A DNA stretch of 63,647 nucleotides, filler included, from Octopus bimaculoides (lineage: Eukaryota): NCBI RefSeq assembly GCF_001194135.2. It is 5 parts of 5 records of this genome, joined end to end, with 100 filler letters (N's around TTAATTAATTAA, not from the genome) between each part and the next. Parts side by side here need not be neighbours in the genome. Positions count along the whole stretch, not along the records: positions 50,369 to 57,212 come from NC_068985.1; positions 57,313 to 63,647 come from NW_026362304.1; 3 more parts are not named here. One strand, 5' to 3'. This document shows positions 53,265 to 63,647 of this stretch, in pieces (the stretch's first letter is position 1; every line of letters begins with the position of its first letter). Below the pieces are notes generated by a model. It was not told the origin of the DNA and searched no databases. It saw nothing but the letters and a program-made list of their open reading frames with translations. The position numbers and the translations under genes are program-made.

Positions 53265-54004
53265 TTAATTTGCTGGAGTCTCTGCTATAAACTGTTTTCC
53301 AACGGTTTTTCTTTTTCATGAAGCGTCTCCGGAGTTTTCTCACGAAGCTTCTNNNNNNNNNNTAAACTGTTTTCCAACGGTTTTTCTTTTTCATGAAGCG
53401 TCTCCGGAGTTTTCTCACGAAGCTTCTTCCGGAATTCCTCATGAGAAGTGCGTGAGGTCGGCTGTTTCAATCTCGTGCGTATTGTGTTGAAACATCTGTG
53501 GTGCTGCTTCTAAGTTATGTGTTATACGTGCAGCTTCTCTTTTTTTTCCCCTTTCTTTTTATTTTATTTTATTTTATTTTTTTTTTGCCCTTTTTTTTGT
53601 TGTAAACAATATATGAGCATGTTATTAAGAATTAACCTACACACATCCAGATGTAGCTAAATAATATATTGATTACCAACTTCCATCCTGTTGTTAATTT
53701 GGGGTCCCAGACTAGGACCCCAAATTATAAATAATAGAGGGCAGACTAAAGCGCGAAAGGTATGAGATGTTGAGGCCGTAAATAAATAAAAATCTCTATC
53801 TTATCTGCATCTTGGAGACTTCGTCGTAGTATGTCAGCGGAGAAGAGATTGAGATAATTTAGAATGGATTTCTCATTTATATATACCCAGAACCTGAAAA
53901 CCTTAAGGAAAAACTATGAGAGAGAGAGAGAGAGGGAAAGGGACTGATTTAGAGGTGTGTGTGTATATATATAAATATATATGTATGTATGTATAAAGGA
54001 TTTG

Positions 54005-54310
54005 TGTATTTGGAGAGCTTCAACCATTTAATCAAATTCATAAGGTCATGTTCAAATTTAGCAAGAGCTGGGTTGGGCAATGGATTCCTATAGGTTTTGA
54101 GTTTATAATAGTTTTTCTCCTCACGAGAGTCAGTTCAATTCATACTATTGTTGTCCTTTCCATTATTTTTCATATCAAAGAAGAAAGCATGCCATCTTGG
54201 CCTATTAATAAATTCCGTGGTTTTATGGACAAGTGATTCCATATATGCAGTCTTTGAGGGTATGGGGATATTTTTCGTCGAAAAACCCAAACAATGCTTA
54301 TTCCTAATGC
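54005..54310 (-). mobile_element. Penelope-like element, N-terminal fragment
   Basis: FSTKNIPIPSKTAYMESLVHKTTEFINRPRWHAFF...YKLKTYRNP..NPALAKFEHDLMNLIK matches the PLE N-terminal YSxKNIP...RxRWKA...FExDL pattern. Confidence 0.75.
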
Positions 54311-55006
54311 AGCCTATATGAAGTGCTCAACGAGCAGATGAATACAACAAGAGTTAATATTTGTCTCTTTTTCTAGAAACAAAAGGGTTTATAGGACTGC
54401 AAAAGAAGTGCTCAGATATAAGTGAGACAAAGATAAAGAAGCATTGGTTATAGAACAAACATTAAATTTGGGTCAACGACTTTACATACAATACCTCTAG
54501 CTTTTCTCTCTTCTACAAACCCAGTGGACATTCATATATTTCAATGAAATATGAACAATGGATATAGGACACAAGTTTTAAAAAATTCCCAACAGTTCAA
54601 CTTCTCTGGTTAACTTTAAGAACTCCAATAGGGGCCTTAACTCCTACATTTTAGAGCTCCATATGCTCCATTTTTCAGGAGCAAAAACCTTTCAATAGGT
54701 TTTATAAGATTTGGATTTTGTAATCTGGGCATAAAGATGAGTAGTATGGGATAAATATGTCGTGATTAGAATTTTTGTTACAATGTGTAAAGAAGGAAAG
54801 AATCCTCATTAAAATTCTTAATCTCTAATTTTGATGAAATTCGAATCATAAGTATTCCAGTTGATTAGAAAAAATATAAAAGAAAAGTCAACATTGGGTA
54901 TTTCTGCTAATCATCATCATCATCGTCGTTTAACGTCCACTTTCCATGCTAGCATAGGTTAGACGATTTGACTGAGGACTGGTGAAACCAGATGGCTACA
55001 CCAGGC

Positions 55007-55045
<39 letters not shown>

Positions 55046-55046
<1 letters not shown>

Positions 55047-56241
55047 TACCAGTATTACCCAACCCTAATCCTAAACCTAATCCTAACACTAATACTAGCA
55101 CTAACCCTAACCCTAACTTTGACCCTAAAACCATAACCGTAACACTAACCCTAACCGTAACCCTAACCCTAAACCCTAACCCTGAACTTAAAACCGTAAC
55201 CGTAACACTAATCCTAACTCTACTCATAACCCTAACCCTAAACCTGACCCTAAAACCCTAACCCTAACACCCTAGTGAAAATCGTGGTATATTTACAAAA
55301 CATTGACGAACATGAGTTATATTTTACTGAATGATTGTGTACTTGCACGTGTATACGTTTGAGAGAGCGAGAGAGGAAGAGGTAGAGAGAGGGGGAGAAA
55401 GGAATAGAGGTAGTTAAAAGTTTTCTTATGACGGCTTCTCTTCACTGCCTATATTACTTCATTAGAAATCTATGGATGCACTTACGCACAAAATAGAGAA
55501 AAATGAAACAAATATGAACGACTTGCTCCGAAACACCACCGAATGGGGAACACTTCTCAAAAATAACCTGCAGTTGTTTCCTTCAAAATTCATGCATGCT
55601 TGAAATGTACATACATCAAGGTATATTTATAGAAAATTTCATGAAAAAATATTCATTTTCCCAGAAGTTAAGAGGAATTTAAGTGGAATTTCCGAAAATT
55701 GTCCCCAACCCCCTCCCAAAACACTTTCACCGAAAATGTTTGTATATTCGGAATCTACATAATAAATGATATATGCATAGAAAATTTCATAAAAAAGAAT
55801 ATTCATTTTTCTGAAAGTTATGACCTTCCAAAGTCGGTGGGTACAACTCTGTAGTTATGCCACATTGACGAACATGAGTTATATTTTTGTGAATGATTGT
55901 GTTTACTTGCACGTGTATGCATTTGAGAGAGTGAGAGAGGAAGAGAAGAAGAGGGGGAGATAGAGAACGGGAGCAATGTGTATGTTGTCACTGAGTGCGT
56001 GTGTAAGAACGCCGTTCCAGGTAGAAGGGAAGAAATATGAAAGTTGCTAGAAACAACAGCCAAATCTCCCTTAAATCACACAAAGTAAACAGAATTTTTA
56101 AAATCTAATTACTGCACTGGAAAGTTCACATCGAGAAAATTCCTTTGATGTAAAAATTTTTACAAAAAAGTGGAAAATGTGGATTTCTATAAACTTTTAA
56201 AAAGGCTTCACACAGACACTCAACTTCACGTTTATTATATA
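55046..56241 (-). mobile_element. Non-autonomous Helitron copy 1 with TTAGGG-like array
   Basis: 5' TATATAATAAA start at 56241 and degenerate 3' end (GTAG) at 55046. CCCTAA variants at 55058-55270; shares blocks with copy 2. Confidence 0.65.
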
Positions 56242-57212
56242 CTAGCAGTATAACCCGACCTTGTCCGGGTGTGACTTATTATGCCATCTACGATAAGTCT
56301 TGCTAGGTGAAAATCAACTAAAAAGAAAAAACTCTTATGATGTAAATATGTTCATAATTCAAAAGATGATAAAATTAATAGGGAAAGTCTGAAGGCTGTT
56401 TTGCGTAACATTATTAAGCGTACGTAAATTTCATCCGTCTAATTGGCTGTAGAAATGCTTGTGCAAAACAAACTTTTTGCGCTGCCCTGATTATATATAG
56501 CAGGGTAATCTCTTTTAGCAGGAAGTAGGATGGCAATTTCTGATGAAGCAATTGCTGGTGATCTGTTGCTACACAGTTTTGCCAGAATTCTATCAGATTA
56601 GGTAGAATATGTTGATGCACCACTTTGCATTATGTTCAAAGTAGCTTCTGGAATGTGGTGAATTGCTGCAGTCTGTTGCTGTCATTTTAAACTGGTTGCT
56701 TTCTTTCCCCAGCAAACTCTCTTGTTTGGAGGCATAATCTATGTATGTATTAAACAGAACAATAAAGTTATAATAGATGGCAGGGTCGGTAATTTTCATA
56801 TTTCTGTAATTTTTCAGATTAACACCCGCACGATTACCCAACCCCAACCCTAAAACCCTAAACCTAACCCTAACACTAACCCTAAACCCTAACCGTAACT
56901 TTAAAACCCTAACCCTAACTCTAAAACCATAACACTAACCCTAATCCTAACCTTAAACCCTAACCCTAACCCCCTAACCCTAACACCCTAGTGAAAATCG
57001 TTGTATATTTACCAAACATTGATGAACATGAGTTATATTGTAGTCAATGATTGTGTGTACAGGTAGAAGGGAAGAAATATAAAAGTTGCTAGAAACAACA
57101 GCCAAATCTCCCTTAAATCACACAAAGTAAACGGAATTTTAAAATGTTTACATCAATGGAATTTTTTCGATGTGAACTTTCCAGTGCAGTAATTATGCGC
57201 TCAACATATAAT
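56242..57212 (-). mobile_element. Helitron copy 2 with Pif1-helicase remnant and TTAGGG-like array
   Basis: 3' CTAG at 56242-56245 with a GC hairpin at 56254-56269. RILAKLCS...AIASSEIAILLP resembles Pif1 motif Ia (AVASSGIAATLLP). CCCTAA array at 56838-56990. Confidence 0.7.
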
Positions 57213-57312
57213 NNNNNNNNNNNNNNNNNNNNNNNNNNNNNNNNNNNNNNNNNNNNTTAATTAATTAANNNNNNNNNNNNNNNNNNNNNNNNNNNNNNNN
57301 NNNNNNNNNNNN

Positions 57313-57347
<35 letters not shown>

Positions 57348-57399
57348 TTATATATATATGTGTATAGGTAAGGCGCACATGAACTGTTGTGATTTCATT

Positions 57400-57610
57400 C
57401 TGGATGACCAATTTCAATGCAATGTTTGTCAAAAACCCTGCAAGTCACATGGAGGATTGAAGTGGCACTTGAAGATTCATAATAAACAAGCAGAGAATGG
57501 AGCCATTGCTGAAACGAGACATTTGTTGCAGTATTGGTGATCAGCTCTTCAAATGCCTTTCAGGGCTCAAAAGTTATATGAGATCTCATGCTAGAAAAGA
57601 TCTCATTATA
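57400..57610 (+). mobile_element. Two decayed C2H2 fingers, probably an RTE-like LINE 3' end
   Basis: FQCNVCQKPCKSHGGLKWHLKIH, then frameshifted FKCLSGLKSYMRSH; no splice context. Confidence 0.55.
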
Positions 57611-57710
57611 GGTACATGAAGAGGTCTAGTTCTGCAGAAGCAGACAGCCAACTTGTATCTATATCTATATATCTATATATATATATAAACATACAGTCAC
57701 ACACACAAAC

Positions 57711-57770
<60 letters not shown>

Positions 57771-57870
57771 TATGTGTGTTCATGTACATGTGAATATATG
57801 TAAGTGCGAATTTGTTTGTTGCCATGTATGTGTACATGTCTATGTACACAAGTATGTATATATGTGCCTA

Positions 57871-57901
<31 letters not shown>

Positions 57902-59465
57902 ATAAAATATACATACATATAGATAGATATATAGATGTATATGTATATATAATTGAATAGCTTCACATTATCTGACAGTAGATGCTTATATGATATAAAA
58001 GCACTTAAAAGCTATTTTTTTGATTTTTGTTTTGTTATTTTTGCCACCCTTCCCACCATTCTTGAAATCGGGTTTTGAATGTCTTTAGAAGTCTATATCT
58101 TATTTCCTTATGACCATTGTATTTTCTCTTTCATTTTTTTTTTTGCATCTTTAATCTATATATATAATTTAATTTTCATAAATTAACGGTAATTTAAATA
58201 TTACTTAGAAATTATTATCTTTCATCGCTTTTGAGTTATTACCTGCATAGGAGAGAGGTGTACAGAAAACTTTACTAATTGATTAATTAATTAATTAATT
58301 AATTAAAATTTATATAAGCTCTCAGTGAATTAGTTTTGATCGATTTCTTAGTTTGTTTGTTTTTTTTTGTTTGGAACCAATGTCATTTGATTTTCGCTTT
58401 ACACCCTAGAGAGAGAGAAAGAGATATAAATGTCACACAGCCCTCACACTGGATCCAGCCTTAATCCTCTCCCAATGACTTTGGTGACCTTGTAATTAAT
58501 TAAGACATAATTATATTTAATTACATATCTATTCATTCTTTATATGTAGATATTCAAGATATGTTGATTACTGTTGTTTTTTCTTCATCGGAAGACATCT
58601 CTTAACATTTTCTTTACATCAACGTACATTCTGTGCATTTTCCTTCACATCAATGAATCATAGTTTGAACATATGTTGTCTAAAGAAAGGAGATGTTCTC
58701 TGATGACTGAAAACAACAATGGTCCACATATTCATCTTTGAACCTACCATAATGCGTTGAGTGAACAGATACGTAACTGCTTAGATTCCGATTCTTCAGT
58801 GTGCACCTCATGCTGTATTACCAGTTTGGCAGGCTTCAGCACACTTCAGTAAATAATTTGTTTACTGATCTTTATGAACAAAGGCCTGTACACCTGTTTG
58901 ATTCATTGATCTGAGAGTAGCTTTGACTGATGAGACGCAAAAAGAGGCCGAAACATTGCAGTGACTTAAGAGTTACTTAACATCAATGAATCTATCTGAT
59001 CTGTTACAAACACACATTGCCTGAAGGGAGATATACTCCGGTGATATAAAACAAAAGCGATTAGCATATTCATGCTTGAATCTGCCAGAATGTACAAGAA
59101 ATTAATCGATACATTATTTATCAGATTCTAGCTGTTCTACGTATACCTCATGAATTATAATATGTATCCATCTGTTTATTTCAGTATTTTAATTGCTTAC
59201 TTTTGCATATCTCTCTCTTTCTCTCTCTCTCTCTGTAATATCTGATACTCTTCCCCACTCCTTCCCACTTTACCCACCCTGTACAATTGTTCTTCCTACA
59301 CCTCCTCCTCTTCCTCATCTCCCCAGCCCTGGTTTTAGATATATTTTGTTCTGGTTTTCTCAAAGACTTGGTTAAGATTTGTAAGTAGTCGTATTATCTT
59401 TTTCTAGTGCACAGCTCGACGGACTTTCAGCGTGAGTATAGTTTGTTTGCTTGTTTTTTTTATAA

Positions 59466-59523
<58 letters not shown>

Positions 59524-59810
59524 TATAATTATTATTTTTTGTTTATTTACCTTTTTACTTTTGTATTTTTCAAAACATTTTTTTTTCTCTTTAAAGTTNN
59601 NNNNNNNNNNNNNNNNNNNNNNNNNNNNNNNNNNNNNNNNNNNNNNNNNNNNNNNNNNNNNNNNNNNNNNNNNNNNNTTTGTTGTTTTCTTTTTACAATT
59701 AAATTTTTTTTTTATTATTATTTTGCAATTTTAAAAAAATTTTATTTCATTTTAAAAAATCCTCCTCACTCTACCCAAGAATTTTGTTCCTTTTACTCGT
59801 AATCCTAATT

Positions 59811-59857
<47 letters not shown>

Positions 59858-61066
59858 CACTATTATTATTATTTTTATTATTATTATTATTATCTTTATT
59901 TAAATTTTCATTATTGTTGTTGTCGTTGTTATCTATTTTGTTGTTGTCGTTGTCGTTGTTGTTATCTTCAATTCCTGGTTGGAATGGCTTAAATTAATGC
60001 GCTAATGGCCCCAAGGAAATGTATGAATAACACACAACTTTCGATTTCCTCTTTCTCTGTGAGTTTTAGACTTTTAGGTCTTTGTCAAAAATTATTATTA
60101 TCATTATTATTATTATTATTATTACTATTATTATTATAGTTGTTGTTTTCTCAATTTTTTTGTTGCTGTTGTTCTTGTTTATTTTAAATCTCCACATTTA
60201 AATTCTTCTTGGGGTCAACTTTTATTTTCATCCTTATGTTAGAAGATAAAAATAAAATACCAGTAAAATACTAGGGTTGCTTGCAATTGACTATAAACCT
60301 CTCCTTTGCAACATTATTGAACGTCTGTGTAGAGAAAATGAAATAATTACCATTATAAATATTATTAACAGAAAATTGATATTATTATTATCATTACTAT
60401 TATTATTATTGATGTTACTGCTCTTTATGTTGTTCTTGTTGTTGTTGTTGTTAAGTCAACAGTAATGGTAGATCTTCAGATTCATTTTTGCCTTGCCGTT
60501 GTTTCTTTTCATTTATATCCATCTGTCTTCTCTTTGTGTTTAATTTCTACTCAAAACCAAAGTTTGCCTTTCATTTCCACTCATTTGATGAATTTAGTAC
60601 CAGTTATGCATACAGGGATGGGTGAGGCCAGTTCAGTTTACTATGCTTTTTATTCCTGATATAAAAAAAAAAAGGAAAAAACAGAAAACAGAAATTCTTT
60701 GCTTTGTGTACAAGGCAAGTGAAAAGTCATTTTTTAGTTTTGCCATTGCAGTATATAATTTAGTTTTTATTGCTTTGAGATCTTAGTTCAAATTCACATC
60801 CAGGTTTTATCTCGTTTTAATGTTCATTGTAAGATGCTGGGGTTTTGATCATGTTGACCACATTCCATCAGATATAGTATACAAATAAACAGAAAAAATG
60901 TGCCCCTAAAAATAATTGCTATTCACATCATAATCCCCACCGACACCATCATCATCATCATCACCATCATCACTACCGCCACCACTATCATTACGACCAC
61001 CGTCACCACCATCGTCTTCATTGTCATCATTTACTTTTACCAATACATATATATATATATAGCAAT

Positions 61067-61379
61067 TTAAATACACAATCGAAAGAGTTACTAATAGTTT
61101 CATGCTTTTATGATACTTGAACAACTATATTTATAAGATGCGCCATGTATCTTAATGTAATCTTTCAGGCTCTGTTTATGCATTACAACCAAAAAACTTA
61201 CTTGTAGTTTCATGCTTTCATGATACTTGAACAGGCATATTTATAAAATATGCCAAGTAATGCATAAACAGAGCCTGAAAGATTGCTTTGAGATATATGG
61301 CGCTCCTTATAAATATGCTTGTTCACAAGTATCATAAAAGCATGAAACTATTTGTAGCTCTTTCAGTTGTGTATTTAAA
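61067..61379. repeat. Imperfect inverted repeat, about 120-bp arms with a 70-bp spacer
   Basis: 61067-61186 pairs with 61257-61379; the spacer holds a third copy of the CATGCTTTCATGATACTTG block. Confidence 0.9.
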
Positions 61380-61842
61380 CCATAGCTCTGATGAGACTTC
61401 TATATGTGAATTGAATAGTTTATAAATTAAATAATGTATATAAGTCAAAACAAATTGTTGGCTTGTTTGGTTTCTTAATGATTTTTTATGTTATCTCATA
61501 TTATATTATATTATATTCATAGTATATTATGTTATATTATAATATAAATAAATTCTTGGATTGTCAATCGTATCTCTCTATTTAATTTATGGTTTATATA
61601 TAGATATATATATATATACACATATATATAAACGATAGAAAAGTGCACTCAGCACGTTTAATCAGAGTTAAATGCATTAATGTATTATTTAAAACAGTTT
61701 GGTTACGTTCTGTGCTACTTCAAGTTAATGCAGGTCTCTAGCAGGAGCCTGACCCCATCAAGCTTCTGGATTGCCAAATGAAGAAATCCAGGAAGGGGTC
61801 TACAAAACTTGAAGTAGCATGGAGCCAAATCAAGTGGTTTTA

Positions 61843-61895
<53 letters not shown>

Positions 61896-62721
61896 GCAGT
61901 TGAGTATATTTCCAGTCATAGAGTCATTGATGGTCTTGCATCCATAAAGGGATTAGCTCCATGGAAACATATATATATAAATATTGGATCCTTGGATCAT
62001 ACTTAGCAGATGGATACTTCACTCTACACTCAGCATTACATTTTATCTTTGGAGTAAAACTTTCAGTCTACGCATGTTCCTTTGGGATTCAGTGAAATAA
62101 GTACCAGTGATATGCTGGTAATTATTAGATTGGATGACTGAAGACTTTGACTACAGGATAAAATGGTTTGTTATATCCTCAGTTGATAAAATCTACCAAA
62201 CTTAAATTTGCTTCTGGGGTTGATGGAATAATAACAGAAATCTAAAAATTTAGATGTATTCCTCTGTATATATTTTTTTTTGTTTTGCTTTCAATCAAAT
62301 ACCATCAGATTTACCTTTGCTTTTTATCCTCTCAGAGTTGATCAAACAAACACTACTAATATTTTAGGAGTTAAATTGATTGTCTATACTTTTGTGGCTT
62401 TGTCCTAAGTTTTTAAGTTATACACAAAAATTTCTTCACCATGCCTAACTGCTTTGTATGATGTCTTCTTTATATTCCTCTCTTTCTTTCTATCTCATTC
62501 TAGTGTAATCACACACACACACACACATGTATCTAAATAAGGTGTCACTCAGGCACTCAACTATAACAGAAACAGCTGTAAGCTAATGAAGCTCATAAGA
62601 TAATTGCTCAGTCCTTTGTCACCTCATTTTCTTATAAATAAATACATATACATAATTATATATATATATATGTATATATACTCATGTACATACATATATA
62701 TAGACACAGATTTATATATAT

Positions 62722-63102
62722 ATAGGCACAGGAGTGGCTGTGTGGTAAGTAGCTTGGTTCTGGGTTCAGTCCTACTGCATGGCACATGGGCAAGTGTCTT
62801 CTACTAAAGCCTCAGGCCAACCAAAGCCTTGTGAGTGGATTTGGTAGATGGAAACTGAAAAAAGCCCATCGTATATATGTGTGTGTCTGTGTGTATTTGT
62901 GTGTCTGTCTTTGTCCTCCCACCATCATTTGACAACCAATGCTGGTATATTTACATCCCCCATAACTTAGCGGTTCGGCAATAGAGACCGATACAATAAG
63001 TACTAGGCTTACAAAAAATAAGTCCTGGGGGCGATTTGCTCGACTAAAGGCAGTGCTCCAGCATGGCCTCAGTCAAATGACTGAAACAAGTAAAAGAGTA
63101 AA
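62722..63102 (+). mobile_element. SINE family A, near full length
   Basis: Same head, body and GTAAAAGA tail as 8901-9310. Confidence 0.9.
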
Positions 63103-63647
63103 AAATATGTATGAATGTGTGTATGTATATACACATAGATGTACAAACTTATTTATATATTCTGTTTACAATTCACTTTCGCAACAACTTTCAAGTCTTT
63201 GTAATAGTGACATCTTTTTTTTTTTTAGTTTTGTTACTGTAAATTTTGTGTTATTTTCTTTTTAATTTAACATTTAAAAATATACATATTTTTTTTTTAA
63301 CTCTTGAATATTTTGGCGGTGACTGCTGGAAGTAATGTGGAATATCTTCCTCTAGTAGTTCACTAACATCACCTTATCCACCCCAATGCCAATATTTGGT
63401 GCCAAAAGTCAGCACCATCACCACTTACTTTTATCATCATCATCATCATCATTGCAAGTGTTTTTCTAATAGTTTTTACTAATGACTACTGTTATTGTGG
63501 TTGTTCTTGTTGCTGCTGTTGTTGGGATGTAAATGTTAATATTCTTACTGCCATTATCTATTGGATATACTTTGCACAAACATACACATTCATATACATA
63601 TATAATATATATATATGTATATATATATATATGTATATATATATATA

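Noticed and set aside
53288-53426. Exact tandem duplication of about 64 bp around a 10-N gap
   Set aside because: Typical unmerged contig overlap; treated as an assembly artefact.
55058-56990. CCCTAA arrays as a true telomere or fusion site
   Set aside because: Degenerate, internal to repeated elements and all in one orientation.
29493-57312. TTAATTAATTAA islands inside N runs (29537, 44523, 50313, 57257)
   Set aside because: Each is 44 N + 12 nt + 44 N = 100 nt, with stops in all six frames. This is a scaffolding spacer, not biology.
61720-61835. Ankyrin-like (LHLAIQK..VRLLLE, minus) or chromodomain-like (EPDPIKLLD, plus) peptides
   Set aside because: Short, mutually incompatible, with weak splice sites; likely chance.

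Overview
Eukaryotic, AT-rich, microsatellite-dense DNA with many N gaps. The SINE families and repeat texture look like an octopus genome; this is an inference from pattern recognition, not a database hit. Four artificial 100-nt joins (44 N + TTAATTAATTAA + 44 N) split the window into five scaffold pieces. Nearly all recognisable sequence is transposable-element material: tRNA-derived SINEs, a young Tx1/L1-like ORF1 inserted into a SINE head, RTE and R4/Dong-like LINE fragments, and many Penelope-like (GIY-YIG) fragments with hammerhead-ribozyme-like motifs. DNA-transposon remnants include mariner, Tigger/pogo, hAT and Chapaev3-like fossils, a telomere-repeat MITE and two tandem Helitrons. No complete host gene is visible, only a few candidate spliced exons that I cannot name. 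Most long ORFs in the track are artefacts of N runs or microsatellites. I see no convincing new multi-gene system. The best leads are possible SINE-targeting by the Tx1-like element, the non-canonical hammerhead motifs with associated fold-backs, and a possible mutually exclusive microexon pair.
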